From NCBI GenBank assembly GCA_951406725.2, contig OX597816.1, positions 83,514,001 through 83,578,000 on the forward strand: a stretch of 64,000 nucleotides of DNA, in the 5' to 3' direction. Positions within the stretch are counted from its first letter, which is position 1. Every line of letters begins with the position of its first letter. The notes beneath the pieces are model-generated. The model ran no database searches and was not told where the DNA came from. It worked only from the letters and a program-made list of their open reading frames with translations. A program made the position numbers and the translations under genes. Shown here piece by piece: positions 1 to 12,040 of this stretch. The stretch is from Octopus vulgaris. Its lineage: Eukaryota.

Positions 1-699
1 ATCTGTAAAACTTTCCAGAAGTTTATCACTTGAGTATATAGGAACATGTCTAAATATGTAAGTATATGCATGAGAAGACTTACATAAAACAAAACATACA
101 AATATGCACTTATACATACATACATACATACACATATACAAAAATAGCCTGTTGTATGTCGAAATTCCAATGAAGGTGCCTTGAGTCTAGGTTAGAAACC
201 GGCTTTTTCTCCGTTGGCAAGCAATATTGAAATAAAATTGAAGAATACATACATACAAACGTGCACGCACACACACACAGACACATACACGCGTGTATAC
301 AAACGTACCAACATGTAGAACCATAGAAGCAAAGATATAACTACATAGAAACCAATATAAACACACATATATGTATTTGCATGTATGCGTGTATGTACGT
401 ACGTATGTATATATGTATATGTGTGTATGAGTGTGTTTGAGTGTGTGTGAGTGTGTTGTTCTCTGTGTATGTGTATGGCATTAAATCGCACCCTAGATTA
501 AACTGTCACTATGCCTTCTACGGATGACTTGTCTTTCACCAGATTACTTCCCGTTGACACCTCGACTTCTGGTTGCCAGAAATAGAGTTTGGGTTTTTAC
601 TCTCTTTCATGTTTCTACTATAACTTTCACTATATTCTTTCGATTCGGACTTTCTACATTTACAAATGTGGCCCCCGCCACACAAAACTCGTTATGAAG

Positions 700-850
700 C
701 TGATATTTTACACTCAAAGTTCAAACACCGTTGCAGTGAACTTATCATTCTTTCAAGGTCGATAAAATTAGTACCAGATAAGCTCTGGGGTCGATATTAT
801 CGACTTTGCTTCTGCCCTTTGAAATTGCTGGTCTTGTGTCAAAGTTAGGA
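700..850 (+). mobile_element. Diverged SINE group B fragment
   Basis: ggtcgataaaattagtaccag...ctggggtcgatattatcgact. Confidence 0.6.
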
Positions 851-860
851 TCTATTATTA

Positions 861-1331
861 AGTGAGAGAGCAATGCTTGCCATCAAAGTAACACTGCAAT
901 ACAAATATACGAAGTGCAATGTATTCACCATAACTTCCCGTCTGATAAGGGTACACGAGGCACGTGCATCACAATCATATGAGCGTGACATGATGAATTT
1001 TTATCAAGTTAAATAACGCATGATCTTATATCAAGATAAATAATGCATGATAAATAACGCAAGTGGTCCCAGCAAAATATTTCTTCAGGTCGAGAGACAC
1101 ATCTTGCTCAAACGTCCCAAAAGAATACGAACGAAACACCCATATTTCCAGGAGTGAATTATTCAAACCCGAAAGAATTCCTCTCAACCCATGGCTATTA
1201 TGTACACTACTATTCCTGCATATGATCAGAAATGCACCAGACACTTAGCGACGTGTTCATCTGGTTAAGGTCCGGCAAGTGACAAGCAAATTTGCGGTGT
1301 TGAGCGGAATATTTGTTGTAGCTCATCTTTT
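861..1331 (-). mobile_element. Diverged copy of the 55085-55548 element
   Basis: Reverse-complement matches along the whole length (gtgagagagca, cccgtctgataa, gtgaattattcaaacc, gaatatttg.tgtagc.catctttt). Confidence 0.7.
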
Positions 1332-1815
1332 GCACTAAAAAAAGAGAAAAACCACAAAACAACAGTTAAGTTCAGAAACCATTAAAGCCACTACGCTGTC
1401 AGAATCATTAGCACGCCAGGACAAAGCGGAATACTCGTGTCTGATAGCGATTACATTAACGAAAGTACAGCACTTACTACCAAGATTTACTTGTTTATGA
1501 GAGACAGACTTGTGTAAGTTTATGAATCCAATCCAAATCACACACGTACACACACATGCACATACACAAGCACACACACAGAACCGCATTCACACATGGC
1601 ATCTAACCTCATTACCTATTTTTCTTTCAATCTCTTCCCGTATTGTCCATCTATTTTTCCTTCTGATGCAGGACTAGCTTCCGAAACGTCAATACTCTTT
1701 GTCTGGTGTCGTGCGAATCCGCATGTGCAGGATGCAATAAAGGAAATGAGAAGCGTGAGAGATGGGTGTAGATCTAGATCTTAATTTATTCACATAGATA
1801 ACTAGATAAATAGAT

Positions 1816-1850
<35 letters not shown>

Positions 1851-2164
1851 CAGAGAGAAAGAGGAAAAGAGAGAGAGAGAGGGTGAGAGAGGTGGAGAGA
1901 GAGAAGGGGGCAGAAGGAGAAAAGTCAAAGTGGGAAAATGCACAGAACCATATTGAAAGCGAATCTCCCATCTCTCAAAGCAATTTTAGAAATTATGGCG
2001 TGATAAATTATATTCTAAAAGCGAAATGAAAATTTATGAAGAAATCAGTAACAAAAATTAAACAGTAAACAATAAAAATGCAAAAATGTAAGTATGCCTG
2101 CAAAGAAATTTATGTTCCTATTTCTCTGGAGTGTAGTTATATGAGTGATTATATAGCTAATTAA

Positions 2165-2272
<108 letters not shown>

Positions 2273-3030
2273 TATATTATATTATATACACCCATACACA
2301 CACATACGCACAAACAAACATGTCTGTGTACGCTCCGGTTGTGCGTGTGTGCGCGCGCCGGTTGTGTATGTGTGTGCGTATGAGTGTTTACGTGTATGTA
2401 TGAGCTTATGTGGGTGTGTATGCATGGAGATAGAGAAGTAAGGTATGTGAATTCATATTCGTTTACATATATACATATATAAAGATATAACTAGAAAATC
2501 AGAAAAGCCGATAAATAGTTAGTTTTGGAAGAGTGAATCTCGAAGCACATAAAGCTATAAACAATACCATGCAAATATTGAGTTGAAAAAATTCTTGGAT
2601 CGAAAAAAGTTGGAGGGTGCCCATGGAACACGAACCCAATATTTACATACTATTCTTTATAGCTACATCTATTTCAAGAATTATTTCACGTTGTCTCGAG
2701 TTTCTATAAATTCTTATGGCGTCAATTGCATGTATATGTGCGTGTGTGTGTGACATCAATTGTACGTATGTAAATGTGTGTGTGTGTGTGTGTGTGATGT
2801 CAGTTGTATGTATATGTGTGCGCGCGTATGTAATGTATACGTACAATATATACATATATACATACAAACATACATACACACATGCATACACACATTCTTA
2901 TATATGTGTGTGGGTATGTGTATGTATGCTTATGCATTAAGTGTGCGTATATTTCTACTTCGTGCATAACTTAATATATCTGTATGGCGAGAGGTGGTGT
3001 ATATATGTGTGTGTCTGTATTTATGTATGT

Positions 3031-3192
<162 letters not shown>

Positions 3193-3374
3193 CTCTCTCT
3201 CTCTCTATAAATATAATGGCTACCGAATAATTGTCACATTATATTTACAGATAAATTCCTCTGTTTACAGAGAATCGAGGTCTCTTTCATTCTTTTGTTG
3301 TCTTACCATTTCTATTAATACATACATACATGCATACATGCATACATACATACATACATACATACATACATACA

Positions 3375-3410
<36 letters not shown>

Positions 3411-3420
3411 TATATGTATA

Positions 3421-3578
3421 GAAATTATATATAAAATATAAATTACAAAGTGGGACAAGAACGCAAAAACACACAGAGACGACACAAAAAAAACAGACGG
3501 GTCACTCGAAGCTTCTAATCTTCAGTCGGAACCGGATCATCTTAGCAATTTCGGCTGTTTAATCTCGATATCACTCCG

Positions 3579-3582
<4 letters not shown>
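3421..3582 (-). mobile_element. (TA)n-embedded short element, family P3
   Basis: About 160 bp of complex sequence between TA arrays. T-rich 3' part on minus strand like P1/P2. Carries a permuted HHR relic. Confidence 0.5.
3510..3575 (-). ncRNA. Degenerate non-circularly permuted hammerhead-like motif (family P3)
   Basis: Minus: AGUGAU-A-UCGAGA-uuaaacagcc-GAA-AUUGCU-(linker)-UUCCGA-CUGAAGA. Stem III 6 bp (2 G-U), stem I 5 of 6 pairs, stem II not formed in this copy. Confidence 0.4.
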
Positions 3583-3610
<28 letters not shown>

Positions 3611-3615
<5 letters not shown>

Positions 3616-3802
3616 GAAAAATATCGTTATAGGTATAAAAATACCATAAACAATTATAGAAAAATGGAGGAGAAAAAGATGTTGAATCGAAATTAGATTT
3701 AATACAAAATAGGATTCAATACATGGTTCAACATCTTTTTCTCCTCCATTTTTCTATAATTATTTATGGTATATTTATACCTATAACGATATTTTTCAAC
3801 TA
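3611..3802. repeat. Long inverted repeat (76-bp arms, 2 mismatches, 40-nt spacer)
   Basis: 3611-3686 vs reverse complement of 3727-3802. Confidence 0.92.
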
Positions 3803-3948
3803 CTATTTTCATATTCTTATTACTTGCTCTGGCTGTTTTTTATGAATATAATGAATCTTTATTAGAAATCATTCTTTCTCTCTTTTTAAACCTCTCAAAA
3901 AGTTTGAATTATTCTTCTTTTGAACCTATTTTATTCCATATATCTATG

Positions 3949-4023
<75 letters not shown>

Positions 4024-4099
4024 GTGTATGTGTGTGTCTGTGTGTGTGTGTGTGTGTATAGATATATATGAACATATATACATATACATACGTGTATAT

Positions 4100-4134
<35 letters not shown>

Positions 4135-4540
4135 TTTTAACGTTCTAGCTCAATTCTGCTGCTTACAACAGTGGATAGAAGAACGTGTCATAGCCGCATT
4201 GGCCATGATAGAGAATGTTGAGCAGAGGACCTGCATCGAATTTTGACAAACACTTGGCGATACCTGCTCAGAGGCCTATGCAAAGTTTTCAAAAAAGGTT
4301 TCATTGTTCTCGACACCATCGAGATGTTGTTCAACTGAAAGCCGAGTGTTTTTTTTTTTTTTGGTCAGATGAAAGCAGTTTTGACACAAACTCGGCAGGC
4401 GCATCTCATACCCAAATCTACAGAAATAATGGACTGAACTGCACAGCAGAGTTCAAGGTCAATCTTGGCCAAGCGGTTTTACTCTGCATGCTCTGGCTTC
4501 GTTACTATGGCAACAATCCGGATACTTATTGATCATATTT
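4135..4540 (+). mobile_element. Rearranged non-autonomous mariner-like relic
   Basis: Plus-strand MIENVEQRTCIEF*QTLGDTCSEAYAKF resembles a mariner transposase N-terminus. 4290-4395 reads on the minus strand as EFVSKLLSSDQK..TRLSVEQHLDGVENNETF (W/FVP region). TIR-like end aatccggatacttattgatca. Confidence 0.55.
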
Positions 4541-4554
4541 CCTGTGTGTGTGTG

Positions 4555-4609
<55 letters not shown>

Positions 4610-5039
4610 GATTACATGAGATATACAGATAGCCATTCGCCCGTGCACGCACACACACATACAAAGAGATATAGATAGATAGATGAATAGTTAGATAGAT
4701 ACATTAGATACATAGATTGGTGGACATTTTGTCAGAAGTTGTTATGTAGCAGTAGATAGTAGCTACATGTATAAATGATAGGTCCCGAGGAGATTAGAAT
4801 GATGGAAAATAGGCGAGAAATTGCCTGAGATTATCTTTCAATGAGATTTCTGTATTAGATAGATGTAATGTTCACTTTGGCACGAGAAGCAGCATTGATA
4901 AGTCTGCCAGGATACAGCGAAGCCACTTGCGAAAGAATGTATTCCCTTAAGTAAGAAAGACGTATTTATTTATTTATCGATTTACCAATTCATTTATTTT
5001 TCTACGTCTTAGCAGATCAAAAGAGAGTAAAAATAAATA

Positions 5040-5083
5040 AATGAATAAATAAATAAATAATAATAATAGTAGTAGTAGTAGTA

Positions 5084-5173
<90 letters not shown>

Positions 5174-5224
5174 CCAATCATAATTAGAATAAGAATAATG
5201 GTCTAAGTTAATAATAATAATAAT

Positions 5225-5293
<69 letters not shown>

Positions 5294-5402
5294 TGCATTT
5301 ATTTGTCACGAGGGCGAAAGATGAGGGGGACAACACAGAGGCAGACATAAACTGTGGGGGCTTACATATAGTAATAAAATACTACTACTACTACTATTAC
5401 TA

Positions 5403-5490
<88 letters not shown>

Positions 5491-5491
5491 A

Positions 5492-5522
<31 letters not shown>

Positions 5523-5535
5523 ATAATAATAATAA
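5040..5535 (+). repeat. Compound (AAT)n/(AGT)n/(TAC)n/(TGC)n trinucleotide arrays
   Basis: Direct reading. Confidence 0.95.
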
Positions 5536-5955
5536 TGGTTTCAAATTTTGGCACAAGTTTCTGAGTAGGCGGTAAGTCCATTACATCGACCCCGGTGTTC
5601 AACTGGAACTTATTTTGTCGACTCTGAATGAATGAAAAGCATAATCGACCTAAGCTGAATTTAAACTCAGAACGTAAAAACGGAGAAAATGCCGCTAAGC
5701 ATTTCGCCCGGAGAGCTAACCATTCTGCCAGCTTGTCGCTTTAATAATAATAATGTTTTTTTTTGCTTTCTATTATAGCCACAATTTCCGAAATTTTGGG
5801 GGGTGAAATGGGGAATGGGGTGGGTGAAGTAGTCGATTACACCGACCACAGTGCTCAAATGGTTATTTATTTTATCGACCCTGGATTGACGAAACGTAAC
5901 GTCGATCTGGGCGGCGTTTTAACTCAGAACGTACAGGCGGACGAAATGCCGCTAG
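5535..5955 (-). mobile_element. Two diverged group B SINE monomers
   Basis: aactcagaacgta, ttatttt.tcgac and gcatttcgcccgg motifs. Confidence 0.75.
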
Positions 5956-6635
5956 TATACGATTGGCATGGTCCAGGTAGGGTCGAAAAATCTGACTTGT
6001 ATATTTAGGAAGAACTTTATAATAAGAATATCAACAGCTATAACGACGACATTGATTATGACGGATAATCTCGACAATACATGATGATGATGATAATGAT
6101 GATGATGATGATGATGATAACGACGACGACGGTGATGAGGACGACAATGATGATGCTGATGATGATGGTGATGAGGATAATGATTAAATAAATTTTTCAC
6201 GCATTAGTAAAAGATGCACGCTTTCCAGAGAAACTAGTTATGACTCGTGATTGAATTGAGTCCAACGTATGACTCGACTCAATTCAATCATTTAGTTCAT
6301 GACAAATAAATGATGGAAGCTGAAGGGAATGAAACAATGCATGTCATATAGTCCGGCTCTCTATATGTTCTTTAGTTTTCGTCACCCAGCTAAATTGAAG
6401 AAAATTATCTTTCTGGCTGAATGCAGGTTATGATGCAATTCCTACGCACAAGCATATACGTAAACCATCTACCCATGCATTCATCCATCCATCCAGCCAT
6501 TCATATACATACATACATAACTTCACACATACACACATGCGTCTACATACACATAGCTGCAAACTCATATGTATATATATATCTTTACATATGTTTATAT
6601 GTATATGTATATATATACATATATGTATACCTATA

Positions 6636-6677
<42 letters not shown>

Positions 6678-6756
6678 TAGGGTCATATATATACATATAT
6701 ATATGTATACAGATGTGTTTATGTATGTATATATATATATGTGTATATATATATGT

Positions 6757-7208
6757 AAAACTTGTGTTTCTTTCTTTCCTTCTGTTTCAGCTGGGGAGAG
6801 CAGAAGCATTCTTGTCTGTCTTCTCTCCAAGCTTACTCCTCCGCATTCGCCACCTCACCTCGTTTAGGCTTAGCACCCCTTCCTGTTTGTTTTCATTGTC
6901 CTGTTTTTGTTACCAATTTTGACCCTCCTCAAAATCCTAAATGTTATTTAATTTGCTTAGCGGGAGCAACTGTTTTATCGAAGGCGTATCTTGTCGCGAA
7001 TTGTTCGAAATACGGATTATAAAAACAACTAACAACTGATGAGGGTCATTCTTTGTTTTGCTTGGCTTATTTTCCATTTGTTTCTCTTCTTGTTCGCAAA
7101 AAACGTTCATATTCCATGTATTCGTATTTCGTATTTCGTATTTCGTAATTCATGTTTTCGTATTTTATATTGTTTACGTTCTGTGATGTCCTGCGGCCAA
7201 ACATGCAT
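6757..7208 (+). mobile_element. (TA)n-embedded element, family P2
   Basis: Aligns by eye to the reverse complement of 21033-21340 (gagcaactgttttat, caactgatga.gggtcattcttt, catattccat). Confidence 0.65.
6985..7051 (+). ncRNA. Non-circularly permuted hammerhead-like ribozyme (family P2)
   Basis: CGUAU-C-UUGU-cgcgaauug-UUC-GAA-AUACG-(17 nt)-ACAA-CUGAUGA-GGGucauuc. AUC triplet. Stems I and III covary relative to family P1. Stem II is weak. Confidence 0.55.
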
Positions 7209-7949
7209 ATATATATATACGTATATATGTAAGTATGTACACACACACATATATGTATATATATATGACAGCCACTGACAGCCGAACGTTCAAACGCATA
7301 CACGTACACAAAAAATGTTTTCTACCCCTACGCCAACACACACATATATAGAACAGTATACACACACACACGTCTCTAAGTAGATTTTTTCTCGCCCCTT
7401 ATAAAACATCCAATATTCCTTAAATAGTCAGAACTTTATTCTCGGTCACAAAGAACACCCACACACCCTCACCCACATGATTGACCGATGCCTGACCCGT
7501 TAAATTCTTCAGCCACCGGTTCTCAACATACACTGATAAACAGTTTCGCCATGGGCTCTTAGGAGCATAGTTCGATTTGTTTTTGCTCCGCCTCTGTTCT
7601 GTTTTTGTTTTTCCAACGGATTTCCTATTTTCTTCCTGAAGAGAAAGACACAATATGGTCCCATTATTCAATCGGATTTTGGTAATTTGTGCCTTTCGAA
7701 ACACGTGTAGAATGAAATAAAACGATTTCTGTTCAATCTGCGTTCAGCTCCATTTCTTCAATTCACCAATAATGTTTTAATTTCAATTATCCGCACCAAC
7801 GAACGGTTGCAACACCATATGGTTGTACCTTCAACCGTGCTGTTTACTGCTGTGATTTTTGCTACTAAGGTATCGGTTAAACTTTTGATTAATCTACTAC
7901 AAGATTATTCATCTTTCTATTTCACATAATTATATATATATATGTATAT

Positions 7950-8140
7950 ATTATATTAAATTAGAGATAAAACCACTATTAGGCAAATCAAACAGTGAAA
8001 AACATAATGTTTCCGACGAAGAGCTCCGCTCGAAACGTTAAACCCTCCTTCTTCCCTTCTTTCCTGAGCGTCTAATAATACTTTATTTGTTCCACGTCCT
8101 TGCGTTGTTATGTTTTTTTGTTTTCTTGTTTGGATTAACT
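7950..8140 (+). mobile_element. (TA)n-embedded composite element, family M2
   Basis: 8007-8140 matches the reverse complement of 29000-29130, and 7960-8006 matches the reverse complement of 29503-29550. Carries a minimal HHR. Confidence 0.6.
8009..8043 (+). ncRNA. Minimal type I hammerhead-like motif with CCGACGA core variant
   Basis: GUUU-CCGACGA-a-GAGC ucc GCUC-GAAACGUU-AAAC. Confidence 0.55.
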
Positions 8141-8145
8141 ATATA

Positions 8146-8221
<76 letters not shown>

Positions 8222-8289
8222 TTTATATATACATATATACATACGTATGCTTACATATTTACATACATATATTTAAATATGCATATATG

Positions 8290-9160
8290 AAGGTGGGCTG
8301 AGGACGATAACATGCAGCTTAATGCAAGAAAATTTAAAGCCCTGCGCTAACGGAATACACTGGTCCAGGTGGAACTGCAATGGCTGAATGAATCAAAATC
8401 AGTGCGTGACCTGGAAAATAACATGAGCAATGTTGCATCTTTTCAAATGCATATTACCAAATTGGTAATAAAATGTAGATGACTAGCTGGACGGGTCCTC
8501 CAATCTTTTGAAAACAAGAGAAAAGGAGAACATGATGGTGCTTTGGAAGGTACACGTTCTGAGCCGCTTGGACTACTGCTCCCAACTATGGTCATCACAT
8601 AATATAAATTTAATGGCACAACTAGAAACAATCCAGCGAAGCTACACAAAGAAGATCGTCTCAATGGAATATATCAGCTACTAGAAAAGACTGAAAAAAG
8701 TTAAAACTCTTCTTTCTAGGACGAAGGCGGGCAAGATATGCAATGATATATATCTACGAAACCTTGGAAAGCCTTGTACTAAACGTTGGCATTCAAAGTT
8801 AGACAAACAGCAGAACAGGTTACCACTGCATAGTGCCAAAGATCCCAGCATCACCATTAAAATTCAGGACCAGATACGGCAAGAACTTGAATTTCAAGGG
8901 CCCACAGATCTTAAATATCCTTTCGAAATACCTGAATGACCTGCATTGTGTGGATGTAGGTATTTTCAAAACAAAACTGGATCTCCTCCTGTTAAGCATT
9001 CCAAAGGAGCCTACCTCACGACGGGAAACACAGAGGAGGGCAGCAGTATGAAACACTCTCATTCAGCAAATACCAGTTATCAGAGGAGGTTTCAAGTAAT
9101 AGGGTAGCACACCCAACAGTAGTGCCCCAGCTTGACCACAACTTTGAAACTGAAGCAATT
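8290..9160 (+). mobile_element. 5'-truncated CR1/L2-superfamily LINE, decayed ORF2 C-terminus
   Basis: Frameshifted WAEDDNMQLNARKFKALR...VRDL...CSQLWS...LETIQRSYTKKI...RLKKLKLFLLGRRRARY...FKGPQILNILSKYLNDL...FKTKLD. Confidence 0.8.
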
Positions 9161-9189
9161 TAAAGCTTTAAAGATTCTAAATATATGTA

Positions 9190-9239
<50 letters not shown>

Positions 9240-9479
9240 GTTCAAATTTATAGAAAAGCAGAAGACGAAGAGACGTGTAGGAACAATAAGCAAGGGTAAT
9301 GGTTTGATGGTCGAAAAAAATGTAAGAGTCTTTTGCGTTTCGAGCCTACGCTTTTCGACAGAAATGAATAAGAGGAAATAAAGAGAGAATGAAAAAAATC
9401 GTGTAGAGTTCAGCGGTGGAACATATATGTATGTGTGTGTATACATATTCATACATATATATATATACATATGTATACA

Positions 9480-9536
<57 letters not shown>

Positions 9537-9538
<2 letters not shown>

Positions 9539-9905
9539 CGGGAAGCTTTATGAAAATAAACAAAAGACGAAGGCAGGTGGAAAACAAACGAACAATTGTA
9601 TTAGTATGGCACTCAGGAAATATAAATAAAACAAGTCTTTAACGTTTCGAGCCTACGCTCTTCAACAGAAAGATACACAGAGAGAGAAAAACACAGAAAG
9701 GAGGAGAGAAAAAAATGCGTGCAGTAGCTAACGAATCAACATGGCGATCTGATTTCGGCCAGAGGTCAAAGATCAAACATGAGACGCGAGAGCGAAATAA
9801 GGGGAGATAATAGGGTTGATAAAAGGGTTGAGGGACCAGCTAATAGTGCGTGGGAGGGATCTGGATGTGTGTATGTATAGGGTTGGTGTATGTATTAGTA
9901 TGTAT

Positions 9906-9944
<39 letters not shown>

Positions 9945-10077
9945 AGAGAGTATTAGTGCGTAGGATTGGTCTGGACGTGCGTATGTATGGGGTTGGTGTA
10001 TGTATTAGTATGTATTAGTGCGTATTGGTATGTATAGGTGTGTGTGTGTGTGAGAGAGTATAAGTGCGTATGCGGGG

Positions 10078-10078
<1 letters not shown>
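9537..10078 (-). mobile_element. (TA)n-embedded Penelope pLTR-like element, family M1
   Basis: Near-identical inverted copy of about 19700-20236. Contains a minimal HHR. (TA)n on both sides. Confidence 0.75.
9636..9673 (-). ncRNA. Minimal type I hammerhead-like motif with CUGUUGA core variant
   Basis: Exact reverse complement of 20099-20136. Confidence 0.6.
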
Positions 10079-10161
<83 letters not shown>

Positions 10162-10556
10162 TGTATGTGTGTATACATGCTCAGTCTGGCATAAGAGCTT
10201 CTATGTGGCCGCAGCACAACAAGCAGACAAGCAGTAGTCAAATAGGGACTACTGCCTTGAAGAATTGATTATGGACGTCAAAAGCTAAGAGAACAATATT
10301 AAAAAAAGGTGGGGTTACTAAATCAGTTGCATCGTAAGTTTACTATAAGCAAACTAATAAGATGAATTATGAATACAGCTAAAGTAGGATGAAGGACCCC
10401 ACATAAATATTTAAAAATATACTGATAAGTTCATGAGACCTGTTGGGAAACCCGGTAACTAATGCTCTCTGCGGCTGCAGCCCACACAACTAGCATTTAG
10501 AAATGAAGGCTGAGAAATTTTGACAAGAACTAATATTATCACCACAAACTCAACAT

Positions 10557-10960
10557 AGGCGCAGGAGTGGCTGTGTGGTAAGTAGCTTGCTAACCAACCA
10601 CATGGTTCCGGGTTCAGTCCCACTGCGTGGCATCTTGGGCAAGTGTCTTCTGCTATAGCCCCGGGTCGACCAAAGCCTTGTGAGTGGATTTGGTAGACGG
10701 AAACTGAAAGAAGCCCGTCGTATATATGTATATATATGTGTGTGTGCGTTTGTGTATCTGTGTTTGTCCTCCAAGCATTGCTTGACAACCGATGCTGGTG
10801 TGTTTATGTCCCCGTTACTTAGCGGTTCGGCAAAAGAGACCGATAGAATAAGTACTGGGCTTACAAAAGAATAAGTTCTGGGGTCGAGTTGCTCGATTGA
10901 AGGCGGTGCTCCAGCATGGCCGCAGTCAAATGACTGAAACAAGTAAAAGAGTAAAAGAGA
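10557..10960 (+). mobile_element. tRNA-derived SINE, group A (full length, internal TA/TG microsatellite)
   Basis: A-box-like tggctgtgtggtaag, B-box-like gggttcagtccc, body gccttgtgagtggatttggtagacggaaactgaaagaagcccgtcg, tail caaatgactgaaacaagtaaaagag. Confidence 0.9.
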
Positions 10961-11019
10961 GAAAAGAGTATACAAATACCTCTTAACTGATAGAAAGTTC
11001 AATATTCCGCCCGAGTGAT

Positions 11020-11205
11020 GAGGCGAACTGGCAAAATGCTTATCGGTATTTCGTTCATCTTTATTTTCTCAGTTAAAATGCCACTGAGGTCGACTTTGCC
11101 TATCATCCTTTCGGGGTCGATAAAATAATTACCAGTTGAGTACTGGGGTCGATGTAATCGATTTACCCGAACCTGCTGGCCTTGCGCCAAAATTTGAAAC
11201 CAATA
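11020..11205 (+). mobile_element. SINE group B monomer
   Basis: gaggtcgactttgcctatcatcctttcggggtcgataaaataattaccag. Confidence 0.8.
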
Positions 11206-11505
11206 TTCCGCTTGAGTCTACATACACACTTCCCACTTAAAGCAAAATCACCAATAGAAATGGCAAGCACATGAAGGAATTTATGTAACAGCAACCTTGT
11301 TGCAAGTAATACAAGATTTCAGAACTGTACAAAGTAGGATCTGAACATATCATCTCTGTGGCAGCCTCGCTCAAGTGGACCACATCCTAGCTAAAAGAAA
11401 TAGTAGATAATAGTATAGAAACTTCATGTGCGTACAACAAATACGGGAATGTTAAATCTAACCACTGACGGTTAATGTAAAAGCTAATTGGCATTCACAA
11501 TTATA

Positions 11506-12040
11506 TTGGGTTTTCCGGAAAGTTCGTGCCGATTTTTAAAGTCAAGAAAAAGGTCAATAAATACTTGCCATTACATTTTTTATCAACCAAATATGAACCA
11601 TTTTGTTGCACAATGTCTCTCTATCTTTCCTTCAACTTGAAAATACCATCTTTCCAGAACTGGTATCTTTTTACGTCATTCAAGGAATTGAAATTTTTAC
11701 CATTAAGACTATTCTGCAGCGACCTAAATAAGTGGAAATCCGAGGGAGCAATATCTGGTGAATATGGAGGGTAAGGTATACATCCCAGCCGATCTGCAAC
11801 AATTTTTGTCTTGTTCCCAAAGCATCAAGTGCCGAAAATAAACTTTCTTATCTTCCAATTTAATGGGTTACAGAATTAACACAGGTTATAGGAACATAAA
11901 CCTTCTTCCACGAAAAGATAGCTTAAACTGTGCCCTAAATGGAGGTGTAGTCAAATCCTATTTTATGGACTCAACCATGTTCTAAAATAAGTCGAAAGGT
12001 AAGCTACTATAAATCGGAACGAACTTTTCGGACAACCCAA
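11506..12040 (-). mobile_element. Internally deleted Tc1/mariner (mariner-type) DNA transposon
   Basis: 30-bp TIRs (27/30 identical: ttgggttttccggaaagttcgtgccgattt), TA at both flanks. Minus strand encodes PYPPYSPDIAPSDFHLFRSLQNSLNGKNF...FWKDGIFKLKER*RDIVQQNGSY (mariner YSPDLAPSD motif and C-terminus). Confidence 0.9.

Noticed and set aside
1663-1695. Hammerhead CUGAUGCA-GGA..UCC-GAAACGUC
   Set aside because: Altered core and no adjacent stem I. At best a decayed relic.
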